A stretch of 50,267 nucleotides of DNA, from positions 1 through 50,267 of the forward strand of contig JAHJIX010000011.1 in NCBI GenBank assembly GCA_018823045.1, read 5' to 3'. Position numbers and translations under genes: made by a program. Below are positions 10,511 through 20,795 of this stretch, piece by piece. Below the pieces are notes generated by a model. That model ran no database searches. It had not been told where the DNA came from and saw nothing but the letters and a program-made list of their open reading frames with translations. The number at the start of each line of letters is the position of its first letter. The stretch's first letter is position 1. This DNA is from Patescibacteria group bacterium (lineage in GTDB: Bacteria; Patescibacteriota; Patescibacteriia; Magasanikbacterales; UBA922).

Positions 10511-10729
10511 ATGGGACTTCCATCAAAACGAAGAACAAGTACATCAAAAAATAACCGCCGATCACACCATGCATTAAAAGGTATTGTTACCAAAAAATGT
10601 ACTGCTTGTGGTGCTGCTGTATTACCACACAAAGCATGTACTGCTTGTGGTGACTACAAAGGAAAGACAGTTATTGATGTCAAAAAACGGGCAACACGTC
10701 TCGCAAAAAAACAAAAAGCATTATCATAA
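10511..10729 (+). CDS. rpmF: 50S ribosomal protein L32
   Basis: MGLPSKRRTS..RRSHHAL..CTACG...PHKACTACGDYKG; ATG at 10511. Confidence 0.95.
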   Translation: MGLPSKRRTSTSKNNRRSHHALKGIVTKKCTACGAAVLPHKACTACGDYKGKTVIDVKKRATRLAKKQKALS

Positions 10730-10741
10730 TTACTCCATCGT

Positions 10742-11164
10742 ATGTCAAACCGACACCTTGCTAGATCAATTGTTATGCAAATCCTGTATCAATGGGATTT
10801 TCGTGGACGGCCCACTGCGGCACTTCCTGCAATTATTGATCAACATCTAGAAGAATTTGGTGTTGGTCTAACAGATAATAGTGAGTATATTACTGATACT
10901 GTCCATGCAGTTGTTGATGTTATTGATGAACTCGATGCAGACATTGCTGCACACGCAACAAACTGGCCACTTGAGCAAATAACTTCTATTGACAGAAATA
11001 TTTTACGTATTGGTGTTTATGAAATGCGCCAAAATAAAGATATTCCTGCAAAAGTTGCAATTAATGAAGCAATTGAACTTGCCAAAAATTATGGTGGCCC
11101 ATCATCAGGAAAATTTGTAAATGGTATTTTAGGTGCAATGTACAAAGCAACACTTGATGAATAG
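10742..11164 (+). CDS. nusB: Transcription antitermination factor NusB
   Basis: [43 protein letters not shown]. Confidence 0.96.
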   Translation: MSNRHLARSIVMQILYQWDFRGRPTAALPAIIDQHLEEFGVGLTDNSEYITDTVHAVVDVIDELDADIAAHATNWPLEQITSIDRNILRIGVYEMRQNKDIPAKVAINEAIELAKNYGGPSSGKFVNGILGAMYKATLDE

Positions 11165-11294
11165 CATAAGCCTATTTATTTTCACGTAAAAAGCTTATTT
11201 TACGTGAAGAATAAGTATACTTATTCTTGTGTTATTATCTTTCATCATACGAGTATATCGTATGATGAAAGCTGGTAGCTATAATTTCTATTAT

Positions 11295-12056
11295 ATGCCT
11301 ATTACAGCATACACCGAAAAAAGATTTAATATTCTTGAAGAAAAGATTGGTATTCCATTTGTAAATAAAGATCTTATTGTTCAAGCACTGGTACATCGTT
11401 CTTTTTTAAATGAAAATCGTGATTTTCCACTTGCACACAATGAACGACTCGAATTTTTAGGAGATGCTGTTCTTGAGTTAGTGGTTACTGAATCCTTATT
11501 TGAAGGGTATCTTAATCCCGAGGGAGAGCTCACCAACTGGCGTGCAGCACTTGTCAATGCAAAAATGTGTGCTCGCGTTGCAAGAGAAATAGATATGGAA
11601 GAATATCTATTCCTCAGCCACGGTGAATCAAAAGATACCAGTATCAAAGCAAGAGACTATATATTAGCAAATGTAATTGAAGCCATTATTGGTGCAATTT
11701 ATATTGATCAAGGTTGGGACATGGCAAAAAAATTTATTAGCCAATGGATCTTAAGTAAACTCCCTGAAGTACTTGAACAAGGGCTCTGGATGGATCCAAA
11801 ATCCAGATTTCAAGAATCTGCACAAGAAATAGTTGGGACAACTCCAACATACAAAGTGATCAAAGAAGAAGGTCCTGACCATGATAAAACATTTGTCGTT
11901 GGTGTCTATATTGAAAAAGAAAAAATTGCAGAAGGCACAGGCGGCAGCAAACAAGAAGCACAGGTCAATGCAGCAGAACACGCCATTGTTGCAAAAGCAT
12001 GGAAAGGTCCAAAAATTGATATTATCACACGCACACCAACTGATCCAGTTGGTTAA
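11295..12056 (+). CDS. rnc: Ribonuclease III
   Basis: HNERLEFLGDAVL signature, EAIIGAIYID, C-terminal dsRBD; start uncertain, ATG 11295 chosen. Confidence 0.95.
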   Translation: MPITAYTEKRFNILEEKIGIPFVNKDLIVQALVHRSFLNENRDFPLAHNERLEFLGDAVLELVVTESLFEGYLNPEGELTNWRAALVNAKMCARVAREIDMEEYLFLSHGESKDTSIKARDYILANVIEAIIGAIYIDQGWDMAKKFISQWILSKLPEVLEQGLWMDPKSRFQESAQEIVGTTPTYKVIKEEGPDHDKTFVVGVYIEKEKIAEGTGGSKQEAQVNAAEHAIVAKAWKGPKIDIITRTPTDPVG

Positions 12057-12076
12057 GAGAGATTTATCTCTCGCAC

Positions 12077-12149
12077 GCGCCCATAGCTCAGCTGGTAGAG
12101 CAGTTGCCTCTTAAGCAAACGGTCGCAGGTTCAAGTCCTGCTAGGCGCA
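12077..12149 (+). tRNA. tRNA-Lys (CUU)
   Basis: GCGCCCA..TAGCTCAGCTGGTAGAGC, anticodon loop CTCTTAA, T arm GCAGG-TTCAAGT-CCTGC; CCA not encoded. Confidence 0.9.
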
Positions 12150-12221
12150 CTCGTCTCCATCCTGTGCTTCGCCAGGATTACGCCGAGTAAACTAATATAT
12201 TTACTCGAGTTGGATACGCAT

Positions 12222-12293
12222 GCCTTCATGGTGTAATGGATAACACAACGGTCTTCGGAACCGTTGATCTGGGTTCGACTCCTGGTGAAGGCA
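12222..12293 (+). tRNA. tRNA-Arg (UCG)
   Basis: Acceptor GCCTTCA/TGAAGGC, anticodon arm ACGGT-CTTCGGA-ACCGT, GGTTCGACTCC T arm. Confidence 0.9.
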
Positions 12294-12300
12294 CAAATAA

Positions 12301-12333
12301 AAAAAGAAACCCACATTAATTGGGTTTCTTTTT
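12301..12333. terminator. Bidirectional intrinsic terminator
   Basis: AAAAAGAAACCCA-cattaat-TGGGTTTCTTTTT between convergent genes. Confidence 0.85.
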
Positions 12334-12350
12334 ATTTACCTCATAACTAA

Positions 12351-14348
12351 CTATTCATGTAACAACACTTCGTCAGCAACTAAAGTAATTTCTTCTCCAG
12401 TAACCACATCAATTGCACTCCCAATTACTTTAGACATTAAAAATGTTTGAGATGGATTTTTTTCATGACGCTCAACAGCAAAGGATAATGCCAATACATC
12501 TAAACCGTTTGGCATGCTCTCAACTTTCCATGTAATCTTTTTGCTATCCATGTCATATACCGCATCACCTGCAGGAACGGATATTGACCCTTCAAGCAAT
12601 GTCGTGTTGCCAAATAATTCAGCGCTTAACTTAATATCTTTTAATTCATGGAAAGTATTTGTGAGTACCCATGTTACTTCATGTGTATCAAATTCAGCCT
12701 CATCATCGCGTACTTCACTACGCACATCAAGCGCTGTGTCTGAATTCATTATCATAATAATTGGACTTGCAGACAATACTTTTTGTTCTCCATTTTCTGT
12801 ATATTGAATATCTGAAGAATAGGTAATATTTGTTGCAGAAAAATTAGTCAATGTTGTGTCTTGACTATCAAGAATTGGCACCATAACATCAATCGTTACT
12901 TCTTCTCCTGGAGCAATTTCTTCTAATGACTCAATATGCCGTTCATCCCAAGTCATAACCCCCATGCGATATTCATCATTCACTTGCTCTCCAACTAATA
13001 ACCCATCGGCATCATCTTCATAATTTGCCCAATCAAGTAAACTACGATTATTATATGATGGCGCTTGATACATTCCACGTACCCGAACATGTTCTAATGG
13101 ATATTCTCCATTATTGCGAATAACCATACTTGCCAATAAATTTTCTCCTGGATGCACAGAAAAGTCATGCATCGTTCCGTTAATGGCAGTACGTAGTGAT
13201 ATAGCCAAATCCGTTACTAATGATATTGTTACATTTTTTTCAGCATATAAAAATGGATCACTATCACTAGAAAGTAGTCCCTGTAACATAATTGGAAGTA
13301 CCGCCTCTGCGCCATCACCTGACTGAATAAATGATCCATATACCGTCAATGTATATTCATCAACACCTTCAGGGATAGTCCATCTATATGGATAAAACTC
13401 ATTACTTTCAGGGACACTCTTTGTTTTAAGAAATACCCCATCAGGCTGAAGAACAATTTGTACCTTTCCTGTATTTTGTTCAATATATTCTCTTTTTTTC
13501 AAGATAATTTCAATTGGCACTTCCATCCCAGCAACAACATCCTCTGGATAATTCACTTCCATTGTATATGGCGCTTCGCTAATACGAACACTGACAGTTG
13601 CCACTTTTTGAAATTCAGAATAAAAATTATCAGGATAATAATTTAAAAATACACGAAATGATTGTTCTTTTCCAACATCCCCATTCATGACTCCATAAAT
13701 ATCAATATATCCACTATCATACTGATTAATGGTTCCAAGAATCCACTCATCATGCTGTTCATTTGACGGGTCAAAACTACTCTCACTAAAAATAAATCCT
13801 TCAGGATATCGTACTTGCAACACTGCCTGTGATAATAATCGTTCTTGATCATTCCTATACCGAATACGATAACGCACCTTAGACCCCGCTTGCACTTCTT
13901 CATCACCAGAAATAGACAAAACAATCGCATCTTCAGAAAAAGATGCGGGTGGTTGAAACACAAAAAATCCAACCCAAGCAACAACCGCCAAGAAAAACAA
14001 AGATGTTACTAGCACCATAAATGCACGAATCAAACGCCCGTGTTTACGTACTTGAAACTGTGACATGTCTGGCAAAGATCCATCTTTATTTTTATAAATA
14101 TCCATGAGATCTTCACTCATTTTTTCTTTATTATACGTATGCATTTCTACTTCATCTACAACATGTTTCTTTTTGCTTGTTTTTTTCTTCAACTCAGACT
14201 TTTTTTCTTTTTTAGGGGGATCATCTTGCTCAATCACTTCATTGACTACTTTTTCTTGTACAGAATCCTCATCAATTATATTATCAACAAAAACATGTGC
14301 TTTTGCTGTTGTTTCTTCTTCTTTTTTTTGCGTTATTTTTTTAGACAT
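12351..14348 (-). CDS. Membrane-anchored protein with beta-rich (Ig/DUF11-like) extracellular domains
   Basis: Charged N-terminus, one TM helix, then YRIRYRN..L..YPEGF and similar beta-sandwich-like segments. Confidence 0.7.
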   Translation of the reverse strand: MSKKITQKKEEETTAKAHVFVDNIIDEDSVQEKVVNEVIEQDDPPKKEKKSELKKKTSKKKHVVDEVEMHTYNKEKMSEDLMDIYKNKDGSLPDMSQFQVRKHGRLIRAFMVLVTSLFFLAVVAWVGFFVFQPPASFSEDAIVLSISGDEEVQAGSKVRYRIRYRNDQERLLSQAVLQVRYPEGFIFSESSFDPSNEQHDEWILGTINQYDSGYIDIYGVMNGDVGKEQSFRVFLNYYPDNFYSEFQKVATVSVRISEAPYTMEVNYPEDVVAGMEVPIEIILKKREYIEQNTGKVQIVLQPDGVFLKTKSVPESNEFYPYRWTIPEGVDEYTLTVYGSFIQSGDGAEAVLPIMLQGLLSSDSDPFLYAEKNVTISLVTDLAISLRTAINGTMHDFSVHPGENLLASMVIRNNGEYPLEHVRVRGMYQAPSYNNRSLLDWANYEDDADGLLVGEQVNDEYRMGVMTWDERHIESLEEIAPGEEVTIDVMVPILDSQDTTLTNFSATNITYSSDIQYTENGEQKVLSASPIIMIMNSDTALDVRSEVRDDEAEFDTHEVTWVLTNTFHELKDIKLSAELFGNTTLLEGSISVPAGDAVYDMDSKKITWKVESMPNGLDVLALSFAVERHEKNPSQTFLMSKVIGSAIDVVTGEEITLVADEVLLHE

Positions 14349-14359
14349 AGATACAGTAA

Positions 14360-16753
14360 TTATTCTTGTTCAAATACGACCCCAATAAATTGATCTTCTT
14401 TAAATGGGACAAAAAATGTTGCCCCATTTGTTGCTAATTGGATGTCAGATTGAGAGCGCCACACAGGGTGCCAACCATCTGGATAAATAATTGTTGATTC
14501 TATAGTACTTTCTACTCCTGATTGTTTTTGCATAAAAAGTGCATATCGAGATGCGGAAAATGAATGCGCACGAACCAAATCCAACAAAGAATGTTGTGCT
14601 GGCTTTTCAAGTGATACCTTAAATGGAAGTTTATATGTTAAGTATACTATACTTTCTTCTCCAGGAGGAGTGCGCAACCAATTTTCAAATACCGTCTTTC
14701 CAAATGAATCAATAATACGTGTACCACTTTCTGGATGAATATGTTCATTTTTTTCTATCAGCGCAAGCGTTGGATCAATCTCATACCAATCTTCTGGCAC
14801 ATGAAATGCCTTTTCATTTGGAAATACAAACCCCTCAGCCTCAAGAAGCTCAGATCCCTCTGGAACATAAACGCGCATATAATTTACATTATCTACTCCA
14901 TAAAACATTTCTCCTGCTTCGCCAGTATGCTTACGTGTTATAACTAAAGTATCAATGACACTTCCATCGGCCAACACCACAGCTTGATGATCAATTGTTT
15001 GTTTTATTTTTGCATCACTTTTTTGCCCTTGTAAATTTGTATTTACCACCATCAAATAATCTTGTTGTGGTTCTGTTTGTACTATTTCTCCTGACCAACC
15101 AAATGATGAAAATACGTTTTGCACAGCAGGATCAAAAAATGCTACTTGAATTTCTTTTTCTTTTGCCCCTTGATGTAAACCAGATAATAAATGTAACACA
15201 TCTACTTTATCTACAGTCGTTATTGTTTCAAGTAATTCTTCAAGCACATTTCCAATAATTGCTTTTGGTGTATTCGCTTCTTTATCAAAATCAACCTCTA
15301 CTTCATATTGCAAAGTAGTAATTGCATTTTCAGCTTCAAGAACCACATCAAAATCTTCACTTGCAACTGGTCCGATAATTTGCAATAATTTTTCAAGAAC
15401 GGTCGCATTGAGTGCCACAACACCATCAACGGTTGTTCCACGACTATGCTCATAAAACCAAGCAATTTTTTTTGCAGTAGTTGGAAAATCAGCCCACCAA
15501 TTTGCATCATGAAACTCCCATCGGCCATTTACTAACTGCAATGCATCAGGTGCCTCTAAATACGTATCAAGTTGCCCTTTTACCTCATATGTTCCACCTG
15601 CAGGAACATCTATATGCACTATTTTTCCTTTCTGCATATCGACTACCGCAAAACTTCCCATAAATCCTCCACTGGCTCGTATTTCATGTGGGTTTTGAAA
15701 TACCACTATATAGCGCCTAAAATCATCACTACCAAGCACTGTTTCTAATGCTTGTGCAAGCACAACAAACTCATCAAGATCATCAATAAATGTTGCAAAT
15801 AATAATTTTGCTTCTTCAAAATTTTGACGATATTCTTTTGGAACACTGCTTGACTGTACACCTGATAACAATAATAATGCTTCGTTATATTGATCATTTG
15901 CGCTATCTAAATGTCGACGAATAATTTCTAACCGATCAGTCAATAGTAACCCATCTCTTTGTGCCTCTCCAATACCTTTAATAAAATAGGTGTTACCCAA
16001 AGCCATATGCTGCCCTGCTTGCAATATTGACTGACGACTTTGTAATTCACTTCCAACAATAGGAAGAAGAGAAACAACTGATTGTGCAATATGATGCTCT
16101 TCTTCAACAAGTGTATTTGCTGTTGCTAAAGCTGAAAGTGCTTGTTGCAATTGTTTTTTTGCTGTAGATATATCCCCATTTACCGCAGCAATAGTTGACA
16201 CTTGTAATGCTAAAAATCCTTCTGTACTTGCAGTTACAACACGATCACTTGTTTTCTTAACTTGCATGCAATATCCAATCACACCACCGAAACAAGCGAG
16301 CACGGCAAGCACAAGCATACTTTTTACAAAAATATGATACAAAAAAGAGCTATTCCATGATGACGTAGATATTTTAGGAAGTCGAATTATTTTTTTTTCT
16401 TTTTCTACGGTAAAATGACCATAGGATTCTTCTGAAATTCTTGCAGCAACAGCCTGCTCTTTTTGTTTTTTCTGTGAAGCTTCACGTACCACACCACTCA
16501 AATCAATAACCATTCGTTTTTGTTGTTTTTTTTCTTCAACAAAAGGAGAAACTTCCCATACGGCATTATCATTTTTTTCTTTCAAATCAATCAGATGCGG
16601 AGATGTTTTTTGAGTACCAAAAGATCGCACAGTAACCCGTGCTTTTGCTTTTGTCGTTTCTGACACTAGAGATGGGCATGTCCTTTTTGTATGCCCCTTT
16701 TTTTGACAGGCAGAACAACGACGAATTGTTTTTTTTCGCGTTGTCATAAACAA
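14360..16753 (-). CDS. DUF4012-domain membrane protein with N-terminal CCHC zinc knuckle
   Basis: RYIVVFQNPHEIRASGGFMGS, HDANWWADFP, VDGVVA motifs; CSACQKKGHTKRTC at the N-terminus. Confidence 0.85.
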   Translation of the reverse strand: MFMTTRKKTIRRCSACQKKGHTKRTCPSLVSETTKAKARVTVRSFGTQKTSPHLIDLKEKNDNAVWEVSPFVEEKKQQKRMVIDLSGVVREASQKKQKEQAVAARISEESYGHFTVEKEKKIIRLPKISTSSWNSSFLYHIFVKSMLVLAVLACFGGVIGYCMQVKKTSDRVVTASTEGFLALQVSTIAAVNGDISTAKKQLQQALSALATANTLVEEEHHIAQSVVSLLPIVGSELQSRQSILQAGQHMALGNTYFIKGIGEAQRDGLLLTDRLEIIRRHLDSANDQYNEALLLLSGVQSSSVPKEYRQNFEEAKLLFATFIDDLDEFVVLAQALETVLGSDDFRRYIVVFQNPHEIRASGGFMGSFAVVDMQKGKIVHIDVPAGGTYEVKGQLDTYLEAPDALQLVNGRWEFHDANWWADFPTTAKKIAWFYEHSRGTTVDGVVALNATVLEKLLQIIGPVASEDFDVVLEAENAITTLQYEVEVDFDKEANTPKAIIGNVLEELLETITTVDKVDVLHLLSGLHQGAKEKEIQVAFFDPAVQNVFSSFGWSGEIVQTEPQQDYLMVVNTNLQGQKSDAKIKQTIDHQAVVLADGSVIDTLVITRKHTGEAGEMFYGVDNVNYMRVYVPEGSELLEAEGFVFPNEKAFHVPEDWYEIDPTLALIEKNEHIHPESGTRIIDSFGKTVFENWLRTPPGEESIVYLTYKLPFKVSLEKPAQHSLLDLVRAHSFSASRYALFMQKQSGVESTIESTIIYPDGWHPVWRSQSDIQLATNGATFFVPFKEDQFIGVVFEQE

Positions 16754-16775
16754 TAATCTATTATTAGTATACCAT

Positions 16776-16808
16776 AAAAAACGTCCATAAGATATATGGA
16801 CGTTTTTT
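16776..16808. terminator. Intrinsic terminator downstream of nusA
   Basis: AAAAAACGTCCATA-agata-TATGGACGTTTTTT. Confidence 0.85.
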
Positions 16809-16827
16809 ACTTATTGGGATAAACTTT

Positions 16828-18048
16828 TTATTTTTCTGTTTCATGATTAACTTCAACTTTTTCTACAATTTCTTCTTGACTTTCTTCACTACTCACTTCT
16901 TTTCCTTCTCCTAGATCGACAACGTTAATTTGCCATCCAGTAAGTGCTGCTGCTAAGCGAACATTTTGTCCTGCTTTTCCAATAGCTAAAGAAAATTGAT
17001 CTTCTGCTACAGAAGCAACAGCAATTTTTTCTTCTTCATGTAATTCAACACTCGTTACTTTTGCCGGAGACAAGGCTTCTTTAATATATTCTTCACTATT
17101 TTCATTATATTGGATAATATCTACTTTTTCTCCACCAAGCTCTTCAATAATAACAGTAATACGACTTCCACGTTGACCAATACATGAGCCAATTGGATCT
17201 ATACTTTCATCATCAGTAGAAACAGCGACCTTTGAACGAAATCCAGGATCACGAGCAATACCTTTAATGATCACTTCACCATTTGCTATTTCTGGAATTT
17301 CTTGCTCAAATACAGCACGAACCATATCTTCATGAGATCGTGATAATAAAATTTCTGGTCCACGTGGCCCCATACCAACTGATGACACAAAAAATTTCAT
17401 ACGAATACCTGGGCGATAAAATTCTTTTTGAATTTGTTCATTTTGTGGAAGTAGTCCAGTGATTTTTCCTAAATCAACCAAGATATTTCCTTGGCGATCT
17501 TTTCGTTGAATTGTCGCTTGAACAATATGTCCAACTTGATCTTGAAAATCTTCAAACACATTAATTCTTTCTGCTTCACGTAATTTTTGAATAATGACTT
17601 GCTTTGCTGTCTGCGCTGCCATACGACCAAAATCTCCAGGAATTTCTAGTGGAATTTCAAGTGTTTCACCCACAGTAACATCTTTTTTTAATTCTTTAGC
17701 TTCTGTAAGCATCATTTCTACCTTTGGATTAAAACGTGGAAGATCTTCAGTTTCTTCTTCTGTTAATTCACGCCCTTCTTCTGATGCTTTTTCACGACGT
17801 TTTGCTAATTCTTCTTGCGCAGCAAGTAATGCTTCTTCTTCTATATCTTCTACAACAATTTTTACATCCCACATATGCATATCTGCTGTTTCGGGATCAA
17901 ATTTTACTTTAATATTTTGTTGACGATGACCAAAGTCTTTTCGGTATGCAGCACCAAGTGCTGACTCAATGGCTTCCATGACAATATCATAGTCAATTCC
18001 TTTTTCATCACAAATATATTGGATGGATTTTGCTACTTCAGATGACAT
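16828..18048 (-). CDS. nusA: Transcription termination/antitermination factor NusA
   Basis: FGRMAAQTAKQVIIQKLREAER, S1 and KH domains (IARDPGFRSKVAV, AIGKAGQNVRLA). Confidence 0.97.
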   Translation of the reverse strand: MSSEVAKSIQYICDEKGIDYDIVMEAIESALGAAYRKDFGHRQQNIKVKFDPETADMHMWDVKIVVEDIEEEALLAAQEELAKRREKASEEGRELTEEETEDLPRFNPKVEMMLTEAKELKKDVTVGETLEIPLEIPGDFGRMAAQTAKQVIIQKLREAERINVFEDFQDQVGHIVQATIQRKDRQGNILVDLGKITGLLPQNEQIQKEFYRPGIRMKFFVSSVGMGPRGPEILLSRSHEDMVRAVFEQEIPEIANGEVIIKGIARDPGFRSKVAVSTDDESIDPIGSCIGQRGSRITVIIEELGGEKVDIIQYNENSEEYIKEALSPAKVTSVELHEEEKIAVASVAEDQFSLAIGKAGQNVRLAAALTGWQINVVDLGEGKEVSSEESQEEIVEKVEVNHETEK

Positions 18049-18108
18049 AATACTTTTATAAAAATAAAAAAAGCAGCTTTATTGTCAAGCTACTATCAAT
18101 CTATTGTT

Positions 18109-18137
18109 ACTATAACATACTTCATTACTTTTGTCAA
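18109..18137 (-). promoter_or_regulatory. sigma70-type promoter for nusA
   Basis: TTGACA-17-TATAGT on the minus strand. Confidence 0.7.
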
Positions 18138-18235
18138 GGTAGCGTTCTCTTTCATGTCAAATGCGACATAGCAGCGTGAGCTGCAGCAAACTCCTGTGGA
18201 GTTTGCATATTTTTGTTTTGATTATACAACGTACA

Positions 18236-18616
18236 CTACATTTCAATCACAAAGTGCTTTATTTCTTTTACTCCTCGCTCAGGACTTCCATATACACTCA
18301 CATGCTCAAATTGAATAGCGGTTATTTCTCGATCAATTTTTTTTCTTTGACAATACCAAATTGCCGTCTTTTGTATCCGCTGAATCTTTTTATAATTTGT
18401 TGCTCTTGCTGCACTTCCCTGTCCATATCCCCGTGTTTTGACTTCAATGAAGCATAATGTTCGTCCGTAATGTGGCAATTCTCTATATGCAATAATATCT
18501 ATTTCACCCATACGACAAGAAATATTTTTATCAACAATTTCATACCCTTCTCCTCCTAAAAAAGACGCAGCTTTCGCTTCGCCCCAGGCACCAATCACTT
18601 GTGTCTTTCCACTCAT
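18236..18616 (-). CDS. YraN family (UPF0102) endonuclease-like protein
   Basis: GAWGEAKAASFL..GEIDIIA..LCFIEVKTR; ATG at 18616. Confidence 0.9.
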   Translation of the reverse strand: MSGKTQVIGAWGEAKAASFLGGEGYEIVDKNISCRMGEIDIIAYRELPHYGRTLCFIEVKTRGYGQGSAARATNYKKIQRIQKTAIWYCQRKKIDREITAIQFEHVSVYGSPERGVKEIKHFVIEM

Positions 18617-18626
18617 ATATACTATC

Positions 18627-18747
18627 TGCCATCCTGGGCATAATCCCAACAAAGTACGGAATGGAATCGAAGGATCCCCTGTTTATATCGTACTAAGAAG
18701 GGGATCCTTCGATCCCTTACGCTCTACTTCATTCACTCAGAATGACA
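18627..18747. repeat. REP-like palindromic element, inverted pair
   Basis: tgccatcctgggc..TCGAAGGATCCCCT-spacer-AGGGGATCCTTCGA..CACTCAGAATGACA; related half-copies at 34597-34648 and 42034-42094. Confidence 0.75.
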
Positions 18748-18762
18748 ATTTTTATTTATAAA

Positions 18763-19317
18763 CTAAATATGTTGATACAAGACAAGGCCCTTATGATATT
18801 TTCCAGCAATAAATTCTTCTTGTACAGAAAACCCATGCATGCGTGCCCAACGCATAATATCAATAAAATCAACAAAACGCTCATCAGCAGGGCTAAATGA
18901 CAAGCCCGTTTTTATCCAATCAACAATAACAATTCTTCCTTTTGCTTTTAACACTCTTCTTGCTTCTTCAAGTGCTCCATGACGATTATTTACATGAGTC
19001 AAAGTATTTACAAACAACACAACATCTACACTATCAGAAGCAATCGCCGTTCCCCCAACACATTCAATATCTGCCCAAATAGTATGTACTTGCAAAAAAG
19101 ATTCTAATTTTGCACGTTTTTCAATAGTAGCAAGAACCGGTTTTAAAATATCAATTGCATAAATAATACTATCTTCTCCGATCATTTTTGCCAAAGGGAA
19201 AATCATGTGTCCTGTTCTCCCACAACCAAAATCAGCAACATGCATTCCAGGCTGTACATGCGCTTTTTTAAAAATGAGATAAGGATCAATTAATTGATTC
19301 CCATTATGAAAACCCAT
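18763..19317 (-). CDS. Class I SAM-dependent methyltransferase
   Basis: VADFGCGRTG, IYAIDI, RVLKAKGRIVIVDW. Confidence 0.88.
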   Translation of the reverse strand: MGFHNGNQLIDPYLIFKKAHVQPGMHVADFGCGRTGHMIFPLAKMIGEDSIIYAIDILKPVLATIEKRAKLESFLQVHTIWADIECVGGTAIASDSVDVVLFVNTLTHVNNRHGALEEARRVLKAKGRIVIVDWIKTGLSFSPADERFVDFIDIMRWARMHGFSVQEEFIAGKYHKGLVLYQHI

Positions 19318-19318
19318 A

Positions 19319-19564
19319 TTATAAACCAAATAAATTACCAAAAAATCCTAATAATATTCCTTGCAATAACCCCGTCATCCACATAAGAGATAAAAAAATC
19401 ATCGCAAGCCCAACTAATTTATAGAGCATACGTGAACCACCACTTAATGCAAATTTTGCTTCAGCCCATTCGCTACGTCCAAAATTTTCAATAAACCATT
19501 CGGTATAAATAATCAGTACGGCTCCCATTGCAATGGCGAGCACTCCAAAAAAATATGTTGCCAT
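19319..19564 (-). CDS. Small membrane protein
   Basis: Two hydrophobic segments; abuts the downstream gene. Confidence 0.75.
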   Translation of the reverse strand: MATYFFGVLAIAMGAVLIIYTEWFIENFGRSEWAEAKFALSGGSRMLYKLVGLAMIFLSLMWMTGLLQGILLGFFGNLFGL

Positions 19565-19645
19565 AAAATAAACTAAAGATATATTACTAGTATAACATAA
19601 GAAATAGCATCTCTCAACGCCATCTCTTTTATCTGTATAAAATAG

Positions 19646-20629
19646 TTATCTCAAACCAATCATTTCTTTTACTACATCCATTGTTTTTTGTGCAGTAGCT
19701 TGTGCACGCTCGGCTCCCGCAAATAACTGTTCTGCAATCACATCATGATTTGATAACAAAGCTTCTCTTTTTTCTCTAAAAGAAGAAAATTTATTTGCTA
19801 ATGCTTCGGCCAAATCACTCTTTAAATCACCATAGCGAACAGTACCATCTGCTACCGCCTTTGTATATAAAGCAAACTGATCTTCTGTCGCAAAATGTTT
19901 CATCAATAACAGTAAATTATCTACACCTGGAGCACTCGCATCTCCTTCACTCGCGGTCACCGCCTTTTTTAATTTCTTTTCAATAATTTCAGGAGAATCA
20001 GCAAGCTCAATGACATGACCTGCACCTAAACTTTTACTCATTTTTTTTATCGGCTCAAGTAAACTTTTTATTCGTGGCGTTTCTGTAATCATTAACTCTG
20101 GCTCTGTAAAATAATCACCATATTTATTATTAAACCAACGTGCCGTACTACGTGTTAATTCTACATGTTGAATTTGATCTTCACCCACAGGAATGTGCGT
20201 TCCATGATAAAGTAAAATATCAGCAGACATAAGTGATGGATAAGTAAACAGACCTACATTAATATTTTTTTCTTGTCGTGCTGATTTATCTTTAAACTGT
20301 GTCATACGCTCAAGCTCTGCCATCGGCGTAATACAATTAAAAATCCACGCAAGCTCAGCATGTGCTGACACCTGAGATTGGATGAAGAGCGTTGATTTTT
20401 CTGGATCAATTCCTGCCGCAATTAACTCTACTGCTGTACGCACAATTTGGTCATGACGATCTTGCGGCTTCATGTCTCCTGTTAAACTATGATAATCTAC
20501 CACCGCAAAATAACAATCGTATTCTCCACTATTTTGAAGTGCCACCCAATTTTTTACTGCACCTAAATAATTACCAATATGTAAATTCCCTGTTGGTTGA
20601 ATCCCTGAAAAAATCACTTTTTTTTTCAT
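19646..20629 (-). CDS. trpS: Tryptophanyl-tRNA synthetase
   Basis: SGIQPTG.LHIGNYLG, VGEDQIQH, KMSKS. Confidence 0.97.
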   Translation of the reverse strand: MKKKVIFSGIQPTGNLHIGNYLGAVKNWVALQNSGEYDCYFAVVDYHSLTGDMKPQDRHDQIVRTAVELIAAGIDPEKSTLFIQSQVSAHAELAWIFNCITPMAELERMTQFKDKSARQEKNINVGLFTYPSLMSADILLYHGTHIPVGEDQIQHVELTRSTARWFNNKYGDYFTEPELMITETPRIKSLLEPIKKMSKSLGAGHVIELADSPEIIEKKLKKAVTASEGDASAPGVDNLLLLMKHFATEDQFALYTKAVADGTVRYGDLKSDLAEALANKFSSFREKREALLSNHDVIAEQLFAGAERAQATAQKTMDVVKEMIGLR

Positions 20630-20686
20630 ACACAGAAGTTAAAAACAATATAATCTATCATAGCAGTAATTGAGCAAGAAGGCAAT

Positions 20687-20711
20687 AAAAAACAGACCCG
20701 ATCATGGCCTG
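20687..20711 (-). terminator. Attenuator terminator upstream of trpS
   Basis: Minus strand CAGGCC-atgatcg-GGTCTG-TTTTTT. Confidence 0.7.
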
Positions 20712-20738
20712 AAGTATATACATACAAAAAACAGAACA

Positions 20739-20792
20739 TCATCGCCAAGATACTGTCCACCACCAAAATTGTACTGTTTGATTATTTTTCAT
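20739..20792 (-). CDS. Trp-rich leader peptide MKNNQTVQFWWWTVSWR (TrpL-like)
   Basis: 17-codon ORF with TGGTGGTGG plus a fourth TGG, between trpR and a terminator preceding trpS. Confidence 0.85.
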   Translation of the reverse strand: MKNNQTVQFWWWTVSWR

Positions 20793-20795
20793 ATA

